From positions 672,001 to 736,000 of the forward strand of contig OZ244621.1 in assembly GCA_965218425.1 (NCBI GenBank): 64,000 bases of DNA, given 5' to 3'. Source of the DNA: an uncultured Candidatus Binatia bacterium. GTDB lineage: Bacteria; Desulfobacterota; Binatia; UBA9968; CAXXLF01. Positions 1 to 8,696 of this stretch are shown piece by piece; the first letter of the stretch is position 1, and each line of letters opens with the position of its first letter. A program made the translations under genes and the position numbers. A model generated the notes under the pieces. The model was not told where the DNA came from and ran no database searches. It saw only the letters and a list, made by a program, of their open reading frames with translations.

Positions 1-210
1 CCGGCGCGCATCGGCGATCGAAGTCCCGGTCTTGACGCCGAATCTCTTGGCCGCCGCGTTGGCGGCGATCACGCAACTGTTTTTCGCCCCCGCAAACGGT
101 ATGACCCCGACGGGAAGGCCGTGCAGGCCGGGGTCCGCCTGCTCCTCGCAGGACGCAAAAAAGCCGTCAAAATCGATGTAGAGCCGCTCCGGCGCAGGTG
201 GCTGGCGCAT
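1..210 (-). CDS. Y-family DNA polymerase (DinB/Pol IV-like), 5' part only, runs off the window
   Basis: Manual translation from ATG at 210: MRQPPAPERLYIDFDGFFASCEEQADPGLHGLPVGV...SCVIAANAAAKRFGVKTG. This has the Y-family D-x-D-x-FF-ASxE and AKxxGV motifs. Confidence 0.85.
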   Translation of the reverse strand, partial: MRQPPAPERLYIDFDGFFASCEEQADPGLHGLPVGVIPFAGAKNSCVIAANAAAKRFGVKTGTSIADARR

Positions 211-305
211 AGTTCCCCCCAAGCGAAAAGAAAGCGAATATACGCATCATGAGCGGAAGATGCAAGTGGGGCGGTTTCGAACAGGATCGCTCAGGGGGAG
301 GCCGT

Positions 306-519
306 GGCGCCGGGACAAATTACGTGGATGGGGAGACGGAGGGATCACCTGCCGCGCTATGCCCAAGGCAAGGACGAGGGCAGTCCTCAAAGGCGCCGGC
401 GGTCTACGGCGATGCAGGGCTCGGCACGCTGCTCGGACACCGGCGGCATCGAGCACGGTCGTTGCACGGCCCTTTAACGGGCATTTAAGGGGCTTTGCAT
501 GGGCGGTTTACGGGTCGTT
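306..519 (+). repeat. ~200 bp dispersed repeat, copy 1 (copy 2 at 58750-58950)
   Basis: Shared blocks GGCGCCGGGACAA, GGATGGGGAGACGGA-GGATCACCTGCCGCGCTATGCC, CTACGGCGATGCA and GGCTTTGCATGGGCG-TTTACGGGTC. Confidence 0.85.
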
Positions 520-523
520 CCGC

Positions 524-577
524 AACTTTTGAGAAGGCGAGATGAATCATGTCAAATGTCAAGGTCTGACCCCACAA
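524..577 (-). repeat. GGGGTCA-type end, family 1 (short inverted copy)
   Basis: Reverse complement of the first ~55 nt of the 5291 and 7316 repeats (TTGTGGGG(G)TCAGACCTTGACATTTGACATG...). Confidence 0.9.
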
Positions 578-694
578 TTCGATCGTTTCAAGGCTTCTCC
601 CTTCTCTCCGAGGACTCTGAAACGCCACTCTATTCCAGCTCTGAATGGATGTCGATTTCGCGGGAACGTCACTTGCGTGATATACTTAAGAACT

Positions 695-1411
695 GTGTCT
701 ATCCATTCCTTAGTTCCTGACGCGAAGGCCCTGCTCGAACTTGAGCCCGAGGAGCTTGCAGGCGTCCTGATGGAATACCTCAACTCTCTTTCTCCCTCCG
801 ACCAGCAAAACCTAAACCGGTACAACTTCAGTCTCAATTCCACGGTTCAAGAGTATCCACAGGACCAGCAGGAAGATCTGAGTCAGGCCCTGATGGAGGC
901 GTGGGTCTGGCTTGAGCGTGAAGAGCTTCTAGTGCCTAAGCCTGGGTCAAAAGATGAGTGGGTGATCATCTCTCGCCGCGGTCGACAACTGAGAACACGC
1001 GATCAGGTGTACCATTACCGTCAAGTGAACCTGCTTCCCCATCACCAACTTCATCCTAGAATCGTACAAAAGGTGTGGGCATCGTTTCTGAGAGGCGACT
1101 ACGATACGGCGGTGTTTCAGGCATTCAAAGAGGTCGAAGTTCGGGTTCGGGAGGCCGCATAATGTGCAGACACGGACATCGGAGTCGCCTTGATGCGGAA
1201 AGCGTTCGGGAAACGCGGTCCTCTGGCAGACGTTTCGGCGCCAATGGCGGAACAGCAGGCGCTCTCTGATCTCTTTGCGGGAGCAATCGGATCTTACAAG
1301 AACCCCCACAGCCATCGCAGCGTGACCATCGACTCAAGCGAGGCTGCCGAGATGATCATGCTGTTCAGTCACCTGCTTTGCATTGTGGACAAGCGTTTGT
1401 CCAACGATTAG
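695..1411 (+). pseudogene. TIGR02391-family protein interrupted by an in-frame TAA (1160-1162)
   Basis: Motifs LMEAWVWLEREELL, YDTAVFQAFKEVEVRVR and LFAGAIGSYKNPHSHR. ORFs 542-1162 and 1190-1411 are in the same frame. Probable GTG start at 695. Confidence 0.75.
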
Positions 1412-1441
1412 TAGTGTATCAGTTTGGTCGGTCGGTACCCC

Positions 1442-1472
1442 TTGACAACCCTGACTCTGTCTGTTTTATGGT
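1442..1472 (+). promoter_or_regulatory. Possible sigma70 promoter for the leader ORF and metal uptake operon
   Basis: TTGACA at 1442-1447 and TATGGT at 1467-1472. The 19 nt spacer is long. Confidence 0.35.
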
Positions 1473-1478
1473 ACTATC

Positions 1479-1769
1479 ATGCTGTTTGCGGCGATGAAGG
1501 TAGTTCTCCATACTCAACGCCTGATCGGGGCCGCCCTTTTGCTGGCGGTTTTTCTCCTCCCCCTCCACCTCCATCCCGTTAACCCGCTGCTACTGATCAA
1601 CAAGGATTGTACCTGTTACTCGAGTGCGAGGACACAACTCGGCCTGCCTCATGCCAAAATCACAGTCGCACCCGTCATTCAATCCTTACCGCTTGTATTT
1701 CCAGAGTCTTTTTTTCTCGTTCCGCTTTTTGCCCAACCACACCCGAGCCGCGCCCCCCCTACCCTGTAA
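1479..1769 (+). CDS. DUF2946/CruR-like leader protein with HxH, CxC and a C-terminal RAPP motif
   Basis: Hydrophobic N-terminus, LHLH, CTC, ends PSRAPPTL. Lies directly upstream of a metal uptake operon. Confidence 0.7.
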   Translation: MLFAAMKVVLHTQRLIGAALLLAVFLLPLHLHPVNPLLLINKDCTCYSSARTQLGLPHAKITVAPVIQSLPLVFPESFFLVPLFAQPHPSRAPPTL

Positions 1770-1858
1770 CCGTTTCGTTTTTTCTTAAATCGATAGGGTA
1801 TTTTCTCCTTTCCTCATGAGCGAAGGGAGCGAACCGTTTGCATTTAGGGGGGAAATTC

Positions 1859-3169
1859 ATGATTTCTTTAAAAGAACGATCGTTTATGTCAGTGTGCGTA
1901 GTGTCGTGTTGCGTAACGTTGTTTGCCGGGGCGGGTTTGACCAAGGAGGACGAAGTTGCTTCTTTGAAAAAGCAGCTCAAGGCGATGCAGCAACAAACGC
2001 AGAAGTTACTCCTGCGGATCGAACGGATAGAACGAAAGTCGGAGAGATCAAGATCAGGGAACTCAGGGCAAGAGCCTGCTCAGAACCAGGCAAAACGGGA
2101 GAACGCCAGTGCGCCAAAGGGAGCGCAATCTAGCTCAACCACGTCTGATAGAGCACGCTCCATTTCCAGAGCCTTTAACCCCGCCGTCAGTGTGAATGGG
2201 TTGTTTCTCGGTGGCTGGGCTTCCTCGGTTGATGCCGATAACGAGCTGACGGGTCTGGACTTCCAGAATGGGTTCAACCTGCAGGAGGCAGAGTTTCGTT
2301 TCACTTCGGATGTGGATCCGTATTTCAATGCGGATATGACTGTGGCCGTCGCTCCAGAAGGAGATGTGGAGCTGGAGGAGGGATTCGTTACCTCGAATCA
2401 GCTTCCCGGAGACATCATGCCGCGTGGGTTAAGTCTTAAGATCGGAAAGTTTTTTACCGACTTCGGTAAACACAATTTGCTTCATAGTCATCAGTTTCCT
2501 TTCATTGACCGTCCCCTGGTGAGTGAATCCGTGTTTGGCGATGAAGGGCTCAATGAACCGGCAGTTGGTCTGAGCTATCTCTTCCCCGTCCCCTGGTTTT
2601 CCGAGTTCACCTTTCAAGGAATGCAGGGGGATAATTCCAACCTCTTTGTCCTTTCAGATGACGCTTCTCCTCAAGGGGCCTTCCTCGGCCACTGGAAGAA
2701 CTTCTTCGATCTCAGCGACGAAAGCACTCTTGAGTTTGGTAACTCCTATGTCGGCGGACGTAACTCCGGTTCGGGCTATTCGCAAGCTATCGGTGTCGAC
2801 CTAACTCTCAAGTGGATTCCTTTGAAACGCGCTCAGGATCGGGCCCTCATCTGGCAGAACGAATACATTTATTCTTCCGTCGATCGAGACGATAGCGCAC
2901 GGCGCGAGACGGGAGGACTGTATACTTCACTCCAGTATCGTCTCTCTCGTCTATGGTGGTTGCAGGGTCGCTACGATCTGCTTGGAGCCCCCAACTCCAG
3001 AGAGGGAATGGATCATAAATGGACGTTGCTCGCAGCTCTGGTGCCGAGCGAGTTTTCGGCCTTGAGATTGCAGTATAGCCGGACGCAACGGGAGTTTGGG
3101 GATGACATCGATCAGATTCTTTTTCAGCTGAACTACACCCTAGGCTCTCATCCGGCACACAAATATTAG
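1859..3169 (+). CDS. Putative outer-membrane metal uptake protein (zinc-regulated receptor/porin-like)
   Basis: Signal peptide, coiled coil, FNPAVSVNG, VDPYF, FGKHNLLHSHQFPF, C-terminal GSHPAHKY. G-rich SD before ATG 1859. Confidence 0.7.
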   Translation: MISLKERSFMSVCVVSCCVTLFAGAGLTKEDEVASLKKQLKAMQQQTQKLLLRIERIERKSERSRSGNSGQEPAQNQAKRENASAPKGAQSSSTTSDRARSISRAFNPAVSVNGLFLGGWASSVDADNELTGLDFQNGFNLQEAEFRFTSDVDPYFNADMTVAVAPEGDVELEEGFVTSNQLPGDIMPRGLSLKIGKFFTDFGKHNLLHSHQFPFIDRPLVSESVFGDEGLNEPAVGLSYLFPVPWFSEFTFQGMQGDNSNLFVLSDDASPQGAFLGHWKNFFDLSDESTLEFGNSYVGGRNSGSGYSQAIGVDLTLKWIPLKRAQDRALIWQNEYIYSSVDRDDSARRETGGLYTSLQYRLSRLWWLQGRYDLLGAPNSREGMDHKWTLLAALVPSEFSALRLQYSRTQREFGDDIDQILFQLNYTLGSHPAHKY

Positions 3170-3178
3170 GAGAAACCT

Positions 3179-4087
3179 ATGAAATGGTTTAGCGTATGGG
3201 TCTTCTCGGTTGTTTTCTTAACTTCTCCGCCGGCCCCTCTTGCGGGGAAGACTTTGTCTGTGGTCGCCACCACCACTGATCTTGCTGCCATCGCCGAGGC
3301 GTTGGGAGGTAAAAGGGTGAAAGTAAGAAGCGTCGCAAAGGGGGCCCAGGATCCCCATTACGTTGCCGCAAAGCCCAGCTACATGCGCTTGCTCAATCGA
3401 GCCGACCTGCTTCTTTATGTGGGACTACAGTTGGAAATTGGTTGGCTGTCCCTGTTGGTGGAAGGGGCTAGGAATCCGGGACTCGTCTCCCTTGATCTCT
3501 CCCGGGAAATCTCAGTCCTTGAAGTGCCTGGGGGGGAGGTGACCCGCGCGCAAGGTGACATTCACCCTGAGGGCAATCCCCATTACTGGCTTGACCCCAG
3601 GAACGGTTTCGTGATGGCGAGACGTATTGCCTTGCAGTTCAAGGCCCTGGCGCCCGATGATGGGCCTTATTTTGAACAGAGACTGAACCTTTTCGAGAAA
3701 AAGCTGCGGGATCGTATCCAAAAGTGGGAACAGCAGATGACGCCTTACCGTGGTCAGGAGATCGTTGCGTATCACAAGCAATGGGAGTACCTGGCGAATT
3801 GGTTGGGATTGTCCATTATTGGCTATGTGGAAGATAAACCGGGAATTCCACCGGCGCCAAAACATGTGGTCAGACTCACGCGCTCGATTCGGGAGCGTAA
3901 GGTCAAAGCACTGCTGGTTTCCAGCTTTATCAATCCGCGTATCCCGCAATCCGTGGCCCATAAGGCTGGGACAACCATGGTCATTCTTCCTGCATCCGTG
4001 GGAGGTGATAAGGGAGTGAAAACCTATAGCGATCTATTTGAATCTATTGTAGGAAGCCTGCTCTCAGTCCTAAAGCAAGGTCGGTGA
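3179..4087 (+). CDS. Zn/Mn ABC transporter substrate-binding protein (TroA/ZnuA family)
   Basis: QDPH, GNPHYWLDP and YH motifs; signal peptide. Confidence 0.9.
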   Translation: MKWFSVWVFSVVFLTSPPAPLAGKTLSVVATTTDLAAIAEALGGKRVKVRSVAKGAQDPHYVAAKPSYMRLLNRADLLLYVGLQLEIGWLSLLVEGARNPGLVSLDLSREISVLEVPGGEVTRAQGDIHPEGNPHYWLDPRNGFVMARRIALQFKALAPDDGPYFEQRLNLFEKKLRDRIQKWEQQMTPYRGQEIVAYHKQWEYLANWLGLSIIGYVEDKPGIPPAPKHVVRLTRSIRERKVKALLVSSFINPRIPQSVAHKAGTTMVILPASVGGDKGVKTYSDLFESIVGSLLSVLKQGR

Positions 4088-4093
4088 TCGTCC

Positions 4094-4924
4094 ATGATTG
4101 AGTTTATAAACATCATGGGCCCGGCCATAGCGGCGTGTTTCGTTCTAGTGGCCATTTATGTCTATTTCGGCATTCACATCGTTCGTCGCGGGGCGATTTT
4201 TGTTGATTTGGCCCTGGCGCAAGTAGCGGCCATGGGCGCTACTGTGGCATTTCTCGCGGGTTATCCGCTTGAAGGCGGCGTTGCTTATATTTTTTCCCTG
4301 GTTTTTGCCTTTTTAGGTTCGCTGGTTTTCACTTGGACCCGTGCCCAAGAGGGCAGGGTTCCAGAGGAAGCGATTATAGGCATTGTTTATGCTTTCTGCG
4401 CCGCCGCCGTGGTCCTCCTCGTAGATAAGGCCCCCCACGGCGCTGAGCATATAAAGTACTTACTTGTCGGAAACATCCTCTGGGTAAAATGGAATACCAT
4501 CGGGCAGATTTTCGCCGTGGCCGTAGTGGTTGGACTTTTCCATGTCGTATTTCGGCAAAAGTTCCTGCTGGTTTCGTTTGATCCGGAGCGGGGTCGCCGA
4601 CAAGGGATATCCGTTCCTCTCTGGGATCTCCTTTTTTATCTATCCTTGGCCTGGGTGGTGACTACTTCCGTCCAAATAGCGGGGGTGCTTCTCATCTTTT
4701 CATTCCTGATTGTACCGGCGGTCTGTGGGATCTTGTTTAGCGGCAGTTTTCGGCTGAGCCTCTTGGCGGGTTGGTTGGTGGGTGGCAGTGTGAGCCTGGC
4801 TGGGAGCTATCTCTCTTATGGTTGGGACCTCCCCACTGGAGCGTCCGTAATCTGCACCTTTGGGTTTGTCCTCTTTTGCCTCGTTGCACTGAAGAGACTC
4901 ATCTTGACCTGGCGACGGCCTTAA
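4094..4924 (+). CDS. Zn/Mn ABC transporter permease (ZnuB/ABC-3 family)
   Basis: Multi-TM protein with DLALAQ, EAIIG, LVGNIL and GVLLIFSFLIVPA. Confidence 0.9.
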   Translation: MIEFINIMGPAIAACFVLVAIYVYFGIHIVRRGAIFVDLALAQVAAMGATVAFLAGYPLEGGVAYIFSLVFAFLGSLVFTWTRAQEGRVPEEAIIGIVYAFCAAAVVLLVDKAPHGAEHIKYLLVGNILWVKWNTIGQIFAVAVVVGLFHVVFRQKFLLVSFDPERGRRQGISVPLWDLLFYLSLAWVVTTSVQIAGVLLIFSFLIVPAVCGILFSGSFRLSLLAGWLVGGSVSLAGSYLSYGWDLPTGASVICTFGFVLFCLVALKRLILTWRRP

Positions 4925-4951
4925 CTTATAAAAGGAGGAGGAGACTAGGCC

Positions 4952-5317
4952 ATGGGTGAAAACATATCCGCGAAAGAACTCCCGGAAATCCTACCTGTTT
5001 TTCCTCTGACGGGATCTTTGCTCTTGCCGGGAACCACCCTTCCTCTACATATTTTTGAGCCACGTTACCGCAACCTGGTGGAGGATGCACTGGGAAGCGA
5101 CAAGGTTTTCGGCATGATCCAGCCGTTTGCTCCTCAGGAAGACAATCGCCCCTTGCCCGGCGCTGAAAAGGAAATACCGCAACTCTACCATGTGGGATGT
5201 GCCGGCTTCATTGAAAAATGGGAAAAGACACCTGACGGGCGTTACGGAATCTATCTGCGTGGAGTTAATCGCTTTCGCATGGAAGAGGAATTGTGGGGGT
5301 CAGACCTTGACATTTGA
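4952..5317 (+). pseudogene. Lon N-terminal (substrate-binding) domain protein, truncated by the insertion at 5291
   Basis: LPVFPL, LLPGTTLPLHIFEPRY, DGRY, GVNRF. The tail WGSDLDI is encoded by the repeat. Confidence 0.85.
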
Positions 5318-5483
5318 CATGATTCATCTCGCCTTCTCAAAAGTTATTGAGGGAGCACAAAAGCTCTCCCGCCGCTGTCGCCCCCCAGGTTGCACTGTCC
5401 CGACACCACGGGGTGGCGGCTGCTGCAATATGCGTCAAGACGCCGTCGCATGACGTGGAGCGGCACGGCCATGTCGTCTTTTG
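5291..5483 (+). repeat. GGGGTCA-type end, family 1, ~193 bp (direct repeat of 7316-7509)
   Basis: Near-identical to 7316-7509 on direct alignment. Confidence 0.95.
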
Positions 5484-6218
5484 CGCCTCTCGCCGGACCC
5501 TCAGTCGCCCTCGGCGCATGCCGCCGCCGTAAGATCATCTCGAACCGTTCGGATGCCGTCACGACCCTTTGCGGTATTGCCGACTCAAGCTGTCTGGTCC
5601 CGATCCCGGTCCGCTTTACACACTCCGATTCATTGATTCCCGGTCTCGGCTCCCGCACACTCCCGCCGCAAGACGGGTGGATTCCCGTTAACTTGACGAT
5701 ACTGACGGAACACGGCGGGGCCGTGTCGCTGACGGGATCCGATACATTCGAGGCGTTTCTCAAAGCGGCATAAAGACCTGAGTTGATAGTGCCGGGAGCT
5801 TGCTCGGCTGGACGGATTCGACGATCACACTGAGATGGCGCTCCGGTTTCAAGCGAACCGTGGTCTGCCGTTCAATGGGGGTACCCAATCGATTTCAGCG
5901 ATAATGATTGATGGTCCGCGCACCGGTTTTGCCATGTGGAAGCAATCGTATGGACCCCGACCGGCTCCACCGACTTTCCCGCCGAAATACGACCCCGGAA
6001 ACAGCCGGGAAACGGCCCTTAAAAGCCGGTTATCCACAGCCTGTGAACAAATTTCCAACTATCTGATTCACCCAAAATTCGAGACCGGGCCAGCGTTCAA
6101 ATCCTGAAAAACAAGGGTTCCATCCCGCATCAGCCCACTTCCGGTCTTTTTCGTCGCCCTACATCAATCAGGGCAACCAGAAAACATTGAATCGTCAAAC
6201 GAGAAGATACCAGCCGAT

Positions 6219-6635
6219 CTAGGCTTTCTTGTGAAGGGCTTGGGGTTCTCCTGACTTCAGCGAAATGACTTGAGGCTCCTTGCCCTTCACGTTGCAGCGG
6301 CCCTCAAAAAACACGCCCTCCTCCATGATCAGGACGGGTGTTACTATATCGCCGACTACTCGGGCTGATTTTCGTAATTCGACACGTTCCTGCACAGTGA
6401 TATGGCCGGAGAATTGACCTGCCAGGATCGCCGTACCCGCTCGTACGTCGGCCTCTAGCCTTCCCGATTCGCTGACTATCAGGGTGTTGGAAGAGATCAG
6501 CTCTCCGCTGAATTTTCCGTTCACGATGAGGGTTCCAACAAACGTCAGGCGGCCTTCCATTTCACAGCCGTGATCGATAACCGACATCGCGGCGTGTTCG
6601 GGATTTGATTTGTGTTTGGACTTCCGAAACCTCAT
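6219..6635 (-). CDS. Bactofilin (polymer-forming cytoskeletal protein)
   Basis: Beta-helix repeats, V-G-I-T--L-MEEG--FEG-C. Confidence 0.9.
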   Translation of the reverse strand: MRFRKSKHKSNPEHAAMSVIDHGCEMEGRLTFVGTLIVNGKFSGELISSNTLIVSESGRLEADVRAGTAILAGQFSGHITVQERVELRKSARVVGDIVTPVLIMEEGVFFEGRCNVKGKEPQVISLKSGEPQALHKKA

Positions 6636-6661
6636 GGTTGAACCATCTCAATTATGCTCGG

Positions 6662-7105
6662 TTATGAATTGGGTTGATTGTTAGCGAGCTTCGTTTGTTC
6701 TCTTGGCTTCAGCAGGGTAGGATCTGCGGAGTGGCGTTCGGGAACGGCTTCAGAGCCCCGTTGCACCTTCACCACGTTGCCATTGAAGAAGCCGCCTTTG
6801 GATATTACGAGAGAATCCGTTTCGACGTTACCGCTTACGCGTCCCGTGGCCGTGATCTCGACAGTGCCGGTGGCGACCATATTACCCTCGTACTGCCCCA
6901 TAATGAGGGCGTCGGTCGTGCGGACGTCGGCGCGGACAATCCCCTTCTCGCCGATCACGAATCTGCCGCCTACATTGATTTCACCCGTGACTTCGCCCTT
7001 GATCTGGATCGATTCGGTAATATTAAATTTACCTTCCAGCCGGGCGCCTTCGCCGATAACGGTGAGGGGTGGAACTGAAGGATCGCGGCGTTTGTTTTTG
7101 AACAT
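6662..7105 (-). CDS. Bactofilin (polymer-forming cytoskeletal protein)
   Basis: TVIGEGARLEG, IGEKG, GGFFNG. Confidence 0.9.
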   Translation of the reverse strand: MFKNKRRDPSVPPLTVIGEGARLEGKFNITESIQIKGEVTGEINVGGRFVIGEKGIVRADVRTTDALIMGQYEGNMVATGTVEITATGRVSGNVETDSLVISKGGFFNGNVVKVQRGSEAVPERHSADPTLLKPREQTKLANNQPNS

Positions 7106-7132
7106 AAATGGATCTCCTCGGGCCTGGAATCA

Positions 7133-7148
7133 AGCACGGATCGTGCCA
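7133..7148 (-). promoter_or_regulatory. Sigma54 (-24/-12) promoter of the bactofilin pair
   Basis: Minus strand TGGCACGATCCGTGCT (GG-N10-GC), about 28 nt upstream of the ATG at 7105. Confidence 0.6.
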
Positions 7149-7315
7149 AAAGAATCCCGTTCACCTCTACATGATCACCATCTGACGGTCAAGTCCCATT
7201 TTTCCCGTAAAAGGCTGAGGCGTTGGATATCCTCTTTCCCACATCAGGCAACGGCCAGTTGAGCGGGAGAAGCCGTCATAGTCTCCATCGAGGTTGTTCG
7301 AGCTGCTTGATCACG

Positions 7316-7509
7316 TTGTGGGGGTCAGACCTTGACATTTGACATGATTCATCTTGCCTTCTCAAAAGTTATTGAGGGAGCACGAAAACTCTCCCGCCGC
7401 TGTCGCCCCCCCAGGTTGCACTGTCCCGACACCACGAGGTGGCGGCTGCTGCAATATGCGTCAAGACGCCGTCGCATGACGTGGAGCGGCTCGGCCATGT
7501 CGTCTTTTG
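7316..7509 (+). repeat. GGGGTCA-type end, family 1, ~194 bp
   Basis: Direct repeat of 5291-5483. Confidence 0.95.
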
Positions 7510-7809
7510 AAACCGCCGTCAGCCTTGCCCCTTTGCTATTCCGGGTTCCCTTCCCTTTCGGATTCCCGCTTGTATCGTGCCAATTCTCTCTTGGAATGTC
7601 CTGTCCTTTTGGACGCGGTGTTCTAATCGGCCCAACCCACGGCTCATCACCCCGGCATCACGGCTTGAATACCGGTGTGGGCGAACGGAAATAATTGGAA
7701 ATGGACCGGAAACCTGCCGGATTTTCCGGCCCGTTTAGGGCTCGAAAAACGGGCCTTAAATGGCCGTTAAATCGGGGCTGGCGTTCAAACCCCTGAAAAA
7801 CAAGGGTCT

Positions 7810-7869
7810 CATCCCGCATCATCCCGGTTCATCCCGCATCATCCCGGTTCATCCCGCATCATCCCACTT
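7810..7869 (+). repeat. Tandem 10-mer array, CATCCC(GCAT/GGTT/ACTT) x6
   Basis: Read directly. A related 2-unit version with the same upstream flank lies at 6093-6140. Confidence 0.9.
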
Positions 7870-7875
7870 AAAATC

Positions 7876-8027
7876 GGGGTCAGGTAACATGAAAAAGGGG
7901 TCAAGCTCCAGTAGGATGGTGGTTGTAACAGCCATCAAACCTGAAAGGAGAAGACCCCATGCTTTACGTCGGGATAGACTATCACAAACGATACGCTCAG
8001 CTAAATGCCATCGACGGGAAAGGGAGA
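7876..8027 (+). mobile_element. GGGGTCAGGTAACATG end fused to an IS110-family left end and truncated transposase start
   Basis: SD AGGAG, ATG 7959, MLYVGIDYHKRYAQLNAIDGKG (IS110 DEDD N-terminal GID-H-K motif). Other copies at 21155 and 59022. Confidence 0.75.
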
Positions 8028-8066
8028 GCCCGGGTCGATTCAGCCCGCCCCCGGTTTAAAAATTAC

Positions 8067-8372
8067 CTATGGCAGCGTGCGATTCCGCCCCGCGACAATG
8101 GACTTTACCCTTAGCTCCTTCCTATGCTGCTCGGCGTGCCACAGGTCATAGCTGGATTGCATATTCATCCATAGGTCCGAACTTGTGCCCAAGGCAAGGG
8201 AAAGCCTCACAGCCATCTCGGGACTGATCCCGCTGTGCTCGTTGACAAGCTCGGAAAGCGCCTTGCGGGAAACAGCCAGACGCCTGGCCGTCTCGGTAAT
8301 GGAGATACCCAAAGGCTCAATCCACTGTCTTAGCAAAACACCGCCGGGATGAGGGGGATTATGCATTCTCAT
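8067..8372 (-). CDS. higA: HigA-family antitoxin (HTH)
   Basis: [26 protein letters not shown]. Confidence 0.9.
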   Translation of the reverse strand: MRMHNPPHPGGVLLRQWIEPLGISITETARRLAVSRKALSELVNEHSGISPEMAVRLSLALGTSSDLWMNMQSSYDLWHAEQHRKELRVKSIVAGRNRTLP

Positions 8373-8381
8373 GACCACCTC

Positions 8382-8660
8382 CTAATGATGATCCACGTAA
8401 TCAACTACTTCGGCGTGTCCGCCAATGAAACGAAAGTCCACGCTCCAGTCTTTAGCAACATGCACAGACCAAACATTCGCACCACGAGGCTCCAATAGAT
8501 GCAAACGGAAACCAGGCGCCCCCATATCCTTGGCGGACGCGGCTGGGTCCAAAGTGGCTAAAATATCCCTGAGCTTGTCGGCATGCTTGGGCTGAATGCC
8601 TTTCTTGTTGCCGGTCTCGAAAAACCTCTCTGGCCCCTTGTGCTTGAAGCCCTTAATCAC
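8382..8660 (-). CDS. higB: HigB-family toxin (RelE/ParE superfamily)
   Basis: IKGFKHKG--RFFETG, PGFRLH-L, VDYVDHH; upstream of higA. Confidence 0.85.
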   Translation of the reverse strand: MIKGFKHKGPERFFETGNKKGIQPKHADKLRDILATLDPAASAKDMGAPGFRLHLLEPRGANVWSVHVAKDWSVDFRFIGGHAEVVDYVDHH

Positions 8661-8667
8661 CTGACGG

Positions 8668-8696
8668 GTTATAACTTGTCACGTAACAGGTTACAA
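8668..8696 (-). promoter_or_regulatory. higBA promoter with palindromic operator
   Basis: TTGTAA-17-TATAAC on the minus strand, overlapped by the imperfect palindrome TTGTCAC-N7-GTTACAA. Start site would be close to the GTG (near-leaderless). Confidence 0.6.

Noticed and set aside
222..240. LexA box upstream of the dinB-like gene
   Set aside because: GAAA-N7-GAAT is only a weak match to the GAAC-N7-GAAC type and the host motif is unknown.
1160..1162. Selenocysteine or pyrrolysine recoding
   Set aside because: The stop is TAA, not TGA or TAG.
5484..6110. ORFs 5390-5773 and 5835-6107 as genes
   Set aside because: The first starts inside the repeat and is chimeric; neither has a recognisable domain.
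7810..7869. CRISPR array
   Set aside because: Contiguous 10-mers with no unique spacers; no cas genes in the window.
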